Positions 8,215 to 17,421 of a DNA stretch of 34,159 bases are shown here, one piece after another. The notes under the pieces were generated by a model. That model had not been told where the DNA came from. It was given only the letters and a program-made list of their open reading frames with translations, and searched no databases. Position numbers and translations under genes: made by a program. Every line of letters starts with the position of its first letter. Position 1 is the stretch's first letter. The DNA is from Clostridia bacterium (GTDB taxonomy: Bacteria; Bacillota; Clostridia; TANB77; UBA1234). The DNA lies in the NCBI GenBank assembly GCA_900753135.1, contig CAADXZ010000119.1, positions 1 through 34,159 on the forward strand. Reading direction: 5' to 3'.

Positions 8215-9012
8215 CTATTCACCAATTTTCTTTCTTATAAAATATGTTATAAAAAATATTAAACTTGCAACTATAACTATCGTAGGTCCTGTTGCAATTC
8301 TTTCAAAATATGAAATAACCAAACCTGCTATTCCAGAAAATAAAGCAAATATTATTGAATACAAATGATACTCTTTCATATTTCTTGCTATATTTCTACT
8401 AGCCGCAGCTGGTAATATTAAAAGAGAATTTATTATGAGAATTCCAACCCATCTTATTGAAATCATTACTATAAGAGCAACTAGTACAATAAAAAGATTT
8501 TCCACAAGTTTTACATTAACGTTTTTACTTTTGGCAAGTGACGCATTTAAACTTATCGAAAACATTTTGTTAAAAAATAAAAACCAAAACAAAATTACTA
8601 ATACAGCAATTATAATCAATGAAAATATTTCGGTTGGAACTATATTAAGGATATCGCCAATTAAATAATTAGAAAACTTTGAGAAATTTCCGTTTTTTGA
8701 TAATATCACTAGTCCAAAAGCAAGTGCTGTTGATGAAAAAACACTTATTATTGTATCTCTCGAAGTTATTTTCAAGTCCTTTATTTTATTTAATAATAAA
8801 GCAAAAACTATTCCAAATATAATCATTGATATTGTAGGATTTGTAACTCCCAATAATGCTCCTACAGCAATTCCAGTTAGAGCACTATGTCCTAATGCAT
8901 CTGAAAAAAAAGCCATCTTGTTATTAACAATTACAGTTCCTATAACTCCAAACAAAGGCGTTATAATTAAAATAGCATATAACGCATTTCTCATAAATTC
9001 ATATTGTAACAT
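8215..9012 (-). CDS. znuB: Metal (zinc/manganese) ABC transporter permease, ABC-3 family
   Basis: The 265-aa ORF is a polytopic membrane protein with ABC-3-type sequence (FFSDALGHSALTG). It is directly contiguous with the upstream ATPase gene. Confidence 0.85.
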   Translation of the reverse strand: MLQYEFMRNALYAILIITPLFGVIGTVIVNNKMAFFSDALGHSALTGIAVGALLGVTNPTISMIIFGIVFALLLNKIKDLKITSRDTIISVFSSTALAFGLVILSKNGNFSKFSNYLIGDILNIVPTEIFSLIIIAVLVILFWFLFFNKMFSISLNASLAKSKNVNVKLVENLFIVLVALIVMISIRWVGILIINSLLILPAAASRNIARNMKEYHLYSIIFALFSGIAGLVISYFERIATGPTIVIVASLIFFITYFIRKKIGE

Positions 9013-9732
9013 TTAAACCTCTCCAAATCTTTTAATAAATTCTTCTGACTTCATAACTTCTTCAACTTTGCCTTTGGCAATAATTGTCTTATCTAGTAAT
9101 ATTACTTTATCTGCATATTTTTTTACATATTCGAAATCATGTGATACTAGTATAATTGCTAGGTCATAATTTTCTTTTAGATAATTTATCTTTTGATAAA
9201 ACTGATCTTTTCCATTTTTATCAATTCCAGATACAGGCTCATCTAATATAAGTAAATCTGGATATGGCATTGTGGCAATTGCTAGCATAACTCTTTGAAG
9301 CTGACCACCAGATAATGTGTTTATCCTACTATCAATTAAGCCATCCGCACCAAATTCTTTCAAATGTTCTTTTATTTCATCATACAATTTATGATTTTTA
9401 GGCATAAAAACAGGATAACGACTAGTATAGCTAACAACAACGTCATAAACAGTGGCAGGCGAATTTTCAATATCTAATCTTTGTGGAACATATCCAATCC
9501 TAATATTATTGCGTGAATTACTTCTATCTTTAAATAAAATAGTACCTGTATGTTTAACTTCACCTAAAATTGCTTTAAGTAATGTTGATTTTCCTGCTCC
9601 ATTCTCCCCAATTATAACAGTTAATTTTCCGCAATGTATATGAATATTCACATTTTTAAGCACTTCCTTTTTTCCAAAGGAAACATTGATATTTCTTATC
9701 TTTGTACAGCAATACCCGCATTTTTCACTCAT
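9013..9732 (-). CDS. znuC: Metal ABC transporter ATP-binding protein
   Basis: It has Walker A GENGAGKST, the ABC signature LSGGQLQRV and Walker B LLILDEP. Confidence 0.9.
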   Translation of the reverse strand: MSEKCGYCCTKIRNINVSFGKKEVLKNVNIHIHCGKLTVIIGENGAGKSTLLKAILGEVKHTGTILFKDRSNSRNNIRIGYVPQRLDIENSPATVYDVVVSYTSRYPVFMPKNHKLYDEIKEHLKEFGADGLIDSRINTLSGGQLQRVMLAIATMPYPDLLILDEPVSGIDKNGKDQFYQKINYLKENYDLAIILVSHDFEYVKKYADKVILLDKTIIAKGKVEEVMKSEEFIKRFGEV

Positions 9733-10664
9733 TATTTCAAAGCCTCCATTAGCACATCTAAATTTTTTTCCATCTTTTGTTCATAAGCATCTTTCTCAAA
9801 ATTTCCACTTACAACAGGATCTAATTCATAAACGCCGATTCCAGTCTCATATGAAATAGTATTTGCAGCAGTTTTCAAGTACTGTGGTTCAACAAATATG
9901 GCATTAACATCTTTTGATTCTATTTCTTTTATTATATCTACAAGTTCTCCTGCACTTGGACTCGTTCCTGGTTCTCTTTCAATAACAGAAACTATGTTAA
10001 GATTAAATTCTTTCGCGAAATAATAAAATGCTTCATGAAAAGTTACTATATTCTTTTTTGGTAATTTGTCTAATCCATTATGCATTTCTTGTCTTAAAAC
10101 GTCCAGTTTCTTAATGTAATTTGTCTTATTACTCTCATATCTTTCAGCATTTTCAGGGTTAATTTTTTTCAATTCGTCACATATTTTTTTAACTTGTTCA
10201 ATGTACAAAGAGACAGAAACCCATACATGTGCATTACTTTCGTGCTGATGTCCATGCTCTGTATGATTATCGTCTTGATGTTCTTCTACATCGCCATCTT
10301 CAACTTCTTCATCATCTACAAATGCATTTATAATTTTAAGTTCTGGATAATTACTAATTGCTTTATCTAAAAAACTTTCCATTCCTCCACCATTAATTAC
10401 AAAAGCATCTGCTTTTTCTAAAGTTATCATATCATTAACTGTAAGTTGATAATCATGCAAACACCCAACATCAGGACTTGCCAATGAAGTCAATTTAACA
10501 TCTTCTACCCCATCTATTATATTACTGGTTGCAATATACATTGGGTAAAAAGATGTAACGATATTAAAAGTGTTGTCTTCTTCCTTTTCTTTTGTATTTG
10601 AACATCCAACCAAAATTGCTACTAAAACAATTAATGTCAGAAAAAAAACAAGAATTCTTTTCAT
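9732..10664 (-). CDS. znuA: Zinc ABC transporter substrate-binding lipoprotein (cluster A-I, ZnuA/AdcA-like)
   Basis: It has a signal peptide with lipobox LVGC and a His/Asp/Glu-rich loop (EEHQDDNHTEHGHQHESNAH) typical of Zn-specific binding proteins. An AGGAGG RBS is present. Confidence 0.85.
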   Translation of the reverse strand: MKRILVFFLTLIVLVAILVGCSNTKEKEEDNTFNIVTSFYPMYIATSNIIDGVEDVKLTSLASPDVGCLHDYQLTVNDMITLEKADAFVINGGGMESFLDKAISNYPELKIINAFVDDEEVEDGDVEEHQDDNHTEHGHQHESNAHVWVSVSLYIEQVKKICDELKKINPENAERYESNKTNYIKKLDVLRQEMHNGLDKLPKKNIVTFHEAFYYFAKEFNLNIVSVIEREPGTSPSAGELVDIIKEIESKDVNAIFVEPQYLKTAANTISYETGIGVYELDPVVSGNFEKDAYEQKMEKNLDVLMEALK

Positions 10665-10685
10665 TACTCCTCCTAATATAACAAG

Positions 10686-10724
10686 TTTGCCTGTTGGAAA
10701 CTTTAATTAAATCCAACAGGCAAA
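10686..10724 (-). terminator. Stem-loop directly after rpe (terminator or attenuator) and directly upstream of znuA
   Basis: A perfect 13-bp inverted repeat (tttgcctgttgga 10686..10698 / tccaacaggcaaa 10712..10724) has a 13-nt loop. The minus-strand tail (cttgttatatt) is only weakly T-rich. Confidence 0.5.
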
Positions 10725-10727
10725 AAC

Positions 10728-11360
10728 TTATTTTCGCATTTCTTCTATAACAAATTTTCTATCATTACTTTTAAAAATTGCTGTTCCAGCCACCAATATG
10801 TTTGCACCAGCAGCTTTGACTATTTTAACATTTTCCAAGTTAACTCCACCATCAACTTCTATGTCCAAATCTGGCTTCAAATTACGCAAAGCTCTAACTT
10901 TTTCCAAGCAAGATTCTATCATCTTTTGACCACCAAATCCAGGTTCAACAAGCATTACAAGTACTACGTCAATCTTTTCTATGATTGGCATTATATCCTC
11001 TATTGAAGTATTAGGCTTAATTGCTACGCCCGCTTTAATATCACGTTCATGTAAATAATCAATAATTTTATCTGCGGTTTCAGTGTTAACAGCTTCTATG
11101 TGAAAAGTAACAACATTAGATAAAACTACATCCTCAAGCCAATTTTGTGGATCCTCTACCATTAAGTGAGTATCCAAAACTAATTTTGTTGAATCATGTG
11201 CCCTTTCAAGCATTTCAAGCCCTGGAGTTTCATTATCAACAAATTCTCCATCCATAATGTCTATATGTATATAATCTGCTCCTGCTTTCTCAACATCAGA
11301 AATTTCATTTTCTAACTTATTAAAGTCTGCTGCAAGAATGGAGGGTGCAATTTTTACCAT
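10728..11360 (-). CDS. rpe: Ribulose-phosphate 3-epimerase
   Basis: The 210-aa ORF starts MVKIAPSILAADF and carries the metal-ligand contexts HIDIMDG and DTHLMV. It sits in the conserved rsgA-rpe position. Confidence 0.9.
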   Translation of the reverse strand: MVKIAPSILAADFNKLENEISDVEKAGADYIHIDIMDGEFVDNETPGLEMLERAHDSTKLVLDTHLMVEDPQNWLEDVVLSNVVTFHIEAVNTETADKIIDYLHERDIKAGVAIKPNTSIEDIMPIIEKIDVVLVMLVEPGFGGQKMIESCLEKVRALRNLKPDLDIEVDGGVNLENVKIVKAAGANILVAGTAIFKSNDRKFVIEEMRK

Positions 11361-12211
11361 TTTTTATCTCCTTTCATTTTTTCAAAAAGAAGTGTATATC
11401 TTTCATATCTACCTTTGTCAATTTTTCTTTTTGCAACTGCCTTCTTTACACCACAATTCAATTCTTTAATATGAGTGCATGATCTAAACTCACATTCTTG
11501 TGAAAATGGTGCAAACTCTATAAAATATTTATCCAATTCCTTATAGTTTATTCCATCTACATCAAAAGACGAAAAACCTGGTGTATCTGCGATATAACTG
11601 TTTTCGGAAAAATCAAAAAGCTCAACATGTTTTGTTGTATGCTTTCCTTTTTTTAATTTATCCGACATTTCCCCTTCCTTTGAAACCTCTTCATTAAATA
11701 TATTGTTCGTAAGTGCTGATTTTCCAACACCAGAATTTCCACTAAATGCAGTAATCTTATTACCTAAAATTCTAGCAATCTTATCAATTCCGATACCATT
11801 TTTGGCAGTAGTAGTTATGACTTGATATCCTATGTTCTCATAGACTTCAATAATCTCACTATAATCAGCTTCTAAGTCTATCTTATTAATACAAATAACT
11901 GGTTCAACTCCATTCTTTTCAGCCATAACTAGCTGTTTGTCTAAAAGCATTAGGTCAGGAGTTGGATTTGTTGCTGCGACAACAATAATAAGTTGATCAA
12001 CATTAGCAATCGGCGGACGAATAAATTCATTTTTTCGCGGTAATACTTTTTCTATAACATTATTATTCGTATTAACTTCAACCATATCGCCAACTAATAT
12101 TGACATTTTTTTATATTTTAATAAGCCTTTTGCAGTACATTCGATTACTTTTTTATCTTCTAATTTTACTGTGTATAAATTTGATTGAATTCTTGTTACA
12201 ATACCTCTCAT
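11354..12211 (-). CDS. rsgA: Ribosome small-subunit-dependent GTPase A
   Basis: The GTPase motifs are circularly permuted: NKIDL (G4) comes before GNSGVGKS (G1). A C-terminal zinc knuckle (CEFRSCTHIKELNC) is present. The gene overlaps rpe by 7 nt. Confidence 0.9.
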   Translation of the reverse strand: MRGIVTRIQSNLYTVKLEDKKVIECTAKGLLKYKKMSILVGDMVEVNTNNNVIEKVLPRKNEFIRPPIANVDQLIIVVAATNPTPDLMLLDKQLVMAEKNGVEPVICINKIDLEADYSEIIEVYENIGYQVITTTAKNGIGIDKIARILGNKITAFSGNSGVGKSALTNNIFNEEVSKEGEMSDKLKKGKHTTKHVELFDFSENSYIADTPGFSSFDVDGINYKELDKYFIEFAPFSQECEFRSCTHIKELNCGVKKAVAKRKIDKGRYERYTLLFEKMKGDKKW

Positions 12212-12228
12212 ATTAGCTCCTTTTAAAT

Positions 12229-14244
12229 TTAAAGTGGCATCTCAGATTTTAATACATCATCTATATACACCTTAAGCATTGCACCAGAAACATCACTTAC
12301 TTCTACTTGAATTTTTCCGTCACTTCTAGAATGTTCAGCTTCATATTCAATTTTTTTACCTATTGATGTTCCCTCTAGTACAACTTTAACATTAAACTTT
12401 GTTCTTTCGCCCATATTACTTAAATCCAAAGTAACTTTTCTTTTCTTCGTAGTTGTTTGATTATTTTCAGAAGGATTTGGTTTGTCATTATTACCTGTCT
12501 CTGTTGAAGTTCCATCTAACTTATTTACAATTATAGTTACTGTTGATAGTTCTGATATACGCTCACCATTTTCAGGAGATTGACTTACAACAATACCATC
12601 TTTTTTATCTTTTATCTTGATATATTCAACATTAATTAAAAGTTTAGCAGTATCTAATGTCTTTCTAGCTTCTTCTTCTGTATATCCCAATACCTCTGGC
12701 ACATCTATCATTCCTGTATCACCAGAACCCGGACCTTTGCTTACATACACAATAACAGTTGAACCTTTTTCCACTTCTACATTAACTTTTGGTTCTTGTC
12801 TTATTATATCACCTGATGCAATAGTGCTATGATATTCATAGTCTTCTTTATAAACCAACCCTGCAGTTTCTATTTTCATCTTTGCTGCTGTTGTTGTTGT
12901 AAGTGAAGAAACATCTGGAACTAATACTTTCTTTTCTCCCTTGCTTAATCTTACCCCAACTACAGCACCCTTTTTCAACTGATAGCCTTGAGCATATTCC
13001 TGATATGTTACGTAGCCTGCTGGGTATTCTGTACTTTCAACATTTGCTTGCACTTCTAATTTTAGCCCTAAATCAGAAAGCATTTTTTCTGCTTCGTCTT
13101 TGCTATAACCCATAATAGCAGGAACTTCAACATTTGAATTTCCACCCAAAATTTTAGTACTAATCGCACTTCCAGCTTTTACACACAAGAAAAATACAAT
13201 AACAAAAAATGCTAGATAAGCGGCAGCTTTAATTAATGCTTGTTGCTTCGTTACATGTTTCTTACTTCTTCCCATATTTTCCTCTTCTTCCTTGTTATTT
13301 TTTATATTATAATTATTATTTTCTTCTTTAGTATCATTAATTCCAACTATAGGAACTCTTTGAGTAGGAAATTCAGAAGTTGATGCTATATTATTCATAT
13401 TTTTTAAAGTTATATCATCTGGATTCTTTAATAATTTCATCAAATCATTATACATATCATCAGCTGTGGCATAACGATTCGAAGCCTCTTTTTGCATAGC
13501 TTTCATTATAATTTGATTTAACCCTACCGGTATATCTTTATTTAATTCAATAGGTTCTTTTGGAATCTCTTGTAAATGTTTAATAGCTACAGAAACTGGT
13601 GTTTCTGCATCAAATGGTAGCTTTCCAGTACACATTTCATAAAGAACAACACCTAATGAATATATATCTGATTTTTCATCTGTATATCCACCTCTAGCAT
13701 GTTCTGGTGAAAAATAATGTACAGAACCTATAGTGCTACCAAATGCATTTATAGTCGAATTAGAAACAGCCTTAGCAATTCCAAAATCAGTAACCTTTGC
13801 CACTCCATCTTTTGTTATTATGATATTATGAGGCTTTATATCTCTATGTATTATATGATTTTTGTGTGCTTGACTCAATCCAGATGCTATTTGTGCAGCA
13901 ATCTTCACTGCATCTCTCCATGGCAATTTTCCCTTTTCATTTATTATTTCTTTTAGCGTTTTTCCTTCTATTAATTCCATAACTATGTAGTGCATCCCAT
14001 TGTCATTTCCAACATCAAATATAGAAACAATATTAGGATGTGATAAACTTGCTGCAGATTGTGCCTCAACTTGAAATCTTTTTATGAATTCAGCATCATT
14101 TGCAAATTCATCTTTTAAAATCTTGACGGCAACGTATCTGTTTAGGACTCTACATTTAGCCTTATACACTGTAGCCATACCGCCCGAGCCAATCTTTTCT
14201 AATATTTCATATCTATTTCCTAGTACCTTTCCAACCATATCCAT
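12229..14244 (-). CDS. prkC: Ser/Thr protein kinase with extracellular PASTA repeats
   Basis: It has Hanks kinase motifs (GSGGMATVYKA, HRDIKPHN, DFG), one TM segment and three PASTA-like repeats followed by a C-terminal beta-rich domain. Confidence 0.9.
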   Translation of the reverse strand: MDMVGKVLGNRYEILEKIGSGGMATVYKAKCRVLNRYVAVKILKDEFANDAEFIKRFQVEAQSAASLSHPNIVSIFDVGNDNGMHYIVMELIEGKTLKEIINEKGKLPWRDAVKIAAQIASGLSQAHKNHIIHRDIKPHNIIITKDGVAKVTDFGIAKAVSNSTINAFGSTIGSVHYFSPEHARGGYTDEKSDIYSLGVVLYEMCTGKLPFDAETPVSVAIKHLQEIPKEPIELNKDIPVGLNQIIMKAMQKEASNRYATADDMYNDLMKLLKNPDDITLKNMNNIASTSEFPTQRVPIVGINDTKEENNNYNIKNNKEEEENMGRSKKHVTKQQALIKAAAYLAFFVIVFFLCVKAGSAISTKILGGNSNVEVPAIMGYSKDEAEKMLSDLGLKLEVQANVESTEYPAGYVTYQEYAQGYQLKKGAVVGVRLSKGEKKVLVPDVSSLTTTTAAKMKIETAGLVYKEDYEYHSTIASGDIIRQEPKVNVEVEKGSTVIVYVSKGPGSGDTGMIDVPEVLGYTEEEARKTLDTAKLLINVEYIKIKDKKDGIVVSQSPENGERISELSTVTIIVNKLDGTSTETGNNDKPNPSENNQTTTKKRKVTLDLSNMGERTKFNVKVVLEGTSIGKKIEYEAEHSRSDGKIQVEVSDVSGAMLKVYIDDVLKSEMPL

Positions 14245-14259
14245 TTATAAAAACCTCCA

Positions 14260-15000
14260 CTAATCATTAAAAATCAGTATTACACTTATATTGTCATAGC
14301 CACCGTTCTTCTTTGAATGACTAATTAAGTTATTACATGTACTTACTAAATCGTCTTTTCCATTTATGACTTCTTCATAAATCTCATTAACTTTAATCAT
14401 ATTAGTTAATCCATCTGTGCACATAAGTAAAATATCATCCTTCAAAAATCCTTTTACCATCACATCTGGTTCAACTGTTTCTTCACACCCCAAAGCTTTT
14501 ACTAGCATGTTTTTTTGAGGGTGATTTTCTGCTTCTTCTCTTGTAATTGTTCCATTCTGTACAAGTATTTGAACATATGAATGATCTTTTGTGAGTTGTC
14601 TTATAATATGCTTTCTAATTCTATAAATTCTGCTATCTCCCACATGTCCAATGAATACTTTTCCTTTGTACACTATTGCTACAACAATGGTTGTACCCAT
14701 TCCACTATATTGTTCATTCTCTAAAGACTTTTCATAAATATATTTATTGGCTCCTATAATAGCATCTTTTATTAAATCTTGAAGAAAAATTCTATCTTCT
14801 TTCACTTCATCAAATTTTTCTAATATCAATTGCTTGACATATTCAATTGCCATGCTGCTTGCAACTCCGCCAGCATTTGCCCCGCCCATACCGTCAGCAA
14901 CAATAAAAAGTTTTGTATCATCATTAATCGCTGGCATATAAATTCTGTCCTGATTTTCTTTTCTTTGCATGCCAATGTCAGTTATTCCATAGTATTGCAT
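14260..15000 (-). CDS. stp: PP2C-family Ser/Thr phosphatase
   Basis: PP2C motifs are present (NQDR, ADGMGG, TDGL, GGYDNIS). The start is set at ATG 15000 (MQYYGITD) downstream of a GGAGGTG RBS. The ORF-track extension to 15039 is a TTG read-back. Confidence 0.9.
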   Translation of the reverse strand: MQYYGITDIGMQRKENQDRIYMPAINDDTKLFIVADGMGGANAGGVASSMAIEYVKQLILEKFDEVKEDRIFLQDLIKDAIIGANKYIYEKSLENEQYSGMGTTIVVAIVYKGKVFIGHVGDSRIYRIRKHIIRQLTKDHSYVQILVQNGTITREEAENHPQKNMLVKALGCEETVEPDVMVKGFLKDDILLMCTDGLTNMIKVNEIYEEVINGKDDLVSTCNNLISHSKKNGGYDNISVILIFND

Positions 15001-15108
15001 AAAAAAACATCTCACCTCCCGTTTGGTATAATTAATCAAATTAATTATACATTCTTTATATAAAATAGTCTACATTTATTTTGACAAGTAATTCTCAAAA
15101 ATAAATAT

Positions 15109-16128
15109 TTAATCTTGCTTATCTCTAACTAATTGTCCACAAGCAGCAGAAATATCGGAACCTAATTCTCTTCTTATGGTTGCTACGATTCCTCTATCAT
15201 TAAGAGTATCTCTAAATGCCATCATTTTTTCCACGCTACACTTTTCATATTTGCCATCTTTTATCTTGTTTACAGGGATTAAGTTTACATGACAAAGCAT
15301 GCCATGTAATAATCTAGAAAGGTGAATAGCATCCTCATGACTATCATTAACTCCCTCTACTAAAGCATATTCAAAAGTAATTCTTCTATTCGTTTTATTG
15401 ATATATCTTCTACATGCATCAATTACTTCTTTGATAGAATACTTTTTGTTTATTGGCATCATTTCACTTCTTACATCATCTCTACTACTATGAAGTGAAA
15501 TACAAAGATTGCATTGTATGTTTTCATCAGCAAACTTATCTATTCCATCAACTAATCCACACGTAGACACACTAATATGTCTTGCACCTATATTTAATCC
15601 CTTAGGGTCATTTATTAATCTTATTGCTTTCATGACGTTATCATAATTATCAAATGGTTCGCCAATTCCCATAAATACAACATTTGATACTTTTTCGCCT
15701 GAATGTTTTTCTATTTTCAATATTTGACTAATAATTTCGCCTGGAGTTAAACATCTAACAAATCCAATTCTTGCAGAAGCACAGAAATTGCAACCCATTT
15801 TGCATCCAACCTGATTAGAAACACAAGCCGTATATCCATATTTATATTTCATCAATACGCTTTCGATTCTGTGATCATCATTTAGTTTAAACAAATATTT
15901 AATCGTACCATCCTTCGATTTTTGAAAATCATCAATTTCAATACAATCAAGTATATAATTATTTTTTAGTTTTTCAATTAAATCCTTTGACAAATCTGTC
16001 ATATCATCAAAAGATTCAATATTTCTGAAAAGCCATGCAAATATCTGCTTTGCTCTAAACTTCTTTTCTCCAAGTTCTACTAATTGATTTTCTAATTCTT
16101 CTAAATTGTAATCTCTTATATTTTTCAT
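15109..16128 (-). CDS. rlmN: 23S rRNA/tRNA A2503/A37 C2-methyltransferase (radical SAM)
   Basis: It has the radical-SAM cluster motif GCKMGCNFCAS and the C-terminal Cys context SAACGQL. It overlaps rsmB by 4 nt. Confidence 0.9.
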   Translation of the reverse strand: MKNIRDYNLEELENQLVELGEKKFRAKQIFAWLFRNIESFDDMTDLSKDLIEKLKNNYILDCIEIDDFQKSKDGTIKYLFKLNDDHRIESVLMKYKYGYTACVSNQVGCKMGCNFCASARIGFVRCLTPGEIISQILKIEKHSGEKVSNVVFMGIGEPFDNYDNVMKAIRLINDPKGLNIGARHISVSTCGLVDGIDKFADENIQCNLCISLHSSRDDVRSEMMPINKKYSIKEVIDACRRYINKTNRRITFEYALVEGVNDSHEDAIHLSRLLHGMLCHVNLIPVNKIKDGKYEKCSVEKMMAFRDTLNDRGIVATIRRELGSDISAACGQLVRDKQD

Positions 16129-17414
16129 TTTTTCTCCAATACAGCAATATAAAATCCATCTGTTTCATTAACATTAGGAAATAATTTAGTTTGCTCAACT
16201 AACATAAAATCACTATGTGTTAATAAAAACCTTTCTATTTGCTCTTCATTTTCCCTTTTTAAAACCGTACAAGTGCTATAAACCATTCGTCCTCCAGATT
16301 TTAAATATTCAGAACATGTATCTAATATTTTTTCTTGCACACTCATTAATTCTTCAAAATCCTCTGGTTGTCTTGTCCACTTAATATCCGGCTTTTTTCT
16401 TATCACTCCAAGCCCGCTACAAGGTACATCTAACAATATTTTGTCAAACTTTTCTTTATAATTTGGCATAACAATAGTTGCATCATGAACAGTAGCATGG
16501 ATAATATCAATGTCCAATTTTTTTGCAGCTTCTTCTACAAGTCTAACCCTATGTGGATGAATATCCCATGCTTCAATTTTACCTTTATTCTCCATTATTT
16601 CAGCAAGATATGTTGTTTTTCCTCCTGGTGCACTACAAGCATCTAAAACAACTTCGCCAGCCTCTGGTGCAAGCTTTAAGCATGCTAATTGTGCTGCTTC
16701 ATCTTGTACAGTAAAAAGTTTGCCCTTAAAATCAGACATTTTTCTAACTTTAATACTATCTTCTAAATTACCTTTTTTACAATCGATTTTCTTTAGCAGC
16801 AACAACTTATATAATTCATCTCTTGTTGTTTTTAGTCTATTACTCCTTAAAGTGATTTCGGGAGTAATATTGTTTGCATTTAATAATTCTGTAACAAATT
16901 TCTTATCATATTCTTTTAATAATTCATCAACCATCCACAAAGGATGAGAAGTAACTATTGATATTATCTCATCTTCAAGAATTGGCTTAGTTGCTATATA
17001 AGCTAAAAGTTTTTCCATTTCATTTTTTTCAATTTTTCTTAAAATCGCATTTACAAATTTACTAGAAGCTTCATGACCATATTGTTTTGCAAGTTTCACA
17101 CTTTCATTAACAGCAGCACTTTCTGGCACCTTATCTAGAAACACTATTTGATAAATGCCCGTTCTAAGAATATTTAATATCCATGGCGATATCTTTTTGA
17201 TTTTAATACTCGAATACATTTTTATTATTTCATCTAATGTAATTTTCCACGTCAACACACCATATACAAGTTCTGATGCAAACGCTTTATCTACTGGTTC
17301 CAAATCAGATTTATTTAATTCCTTATCTAGTGTCACATTAGAATAACCTTCTCCAAACTCAACTTTATAAAGTACGTTAATTGCTAATTCTCTAGCATTC
17401 ATTAAATAATACAT
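16125..17414 (-). CDS. rsmB: 16S rRNA m5C967 methyltransferase
   Basis: It has a NusB-like N-terminal domain and SAM methyltransferase motifs (DACSAPGGKT, PCSGLG, YSTCT). The start may be the second ATG (MNAREL) at 17402. Confidence 0.9.
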   Translation of the reverse strand: MYYLMNARELAINVLYKVEFGEGYSNVTLDKELNKSDLEPVDKAFASELVYGVLTWKITLDEIIKMYSSIKIKKISPWILNILRTGIYQIVFLDKVPESAAVNESVKLAKQYGHEASSKFVNAILRKIEKNEMEKLLAYIATKPILEDEIISIVTSHPLWMVDELLKEYDKKFVTELLNANNITPEITLRSNRLKTTRDELYKLLLLKKIDCKKGNLEDSIKVRKMSDFKGKLFTVQDEAAQLACLKLAPEAGEVVLDACSAPGGKTTYLAEIMENKGKIEAWDIHPHRVRLVEEAAKKLDIDIIHATVHDATIVMPNYKEKFDKILLDVPCSGLGVIRKKPDIKWTRQPEDFEELMSVQEKILDTCSEYLKSGGRMVYSTCTVLKRENEEQIERFLLTHSDFMLVEQTKLFPNVNETDGFYIAVLEKK

Positions 17415-17421
17415 CCTTTCT

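Noticed and set aside
10641-10648. An A8/T8 homopolymer inside the znuA signal-peptide coding region could be a phase-variation tract.
   Set aside because: The gene is in frame. A single 8-nt tract in 27%-GC DNA is unremarkable. No evidence of length variation is available from one sequence.
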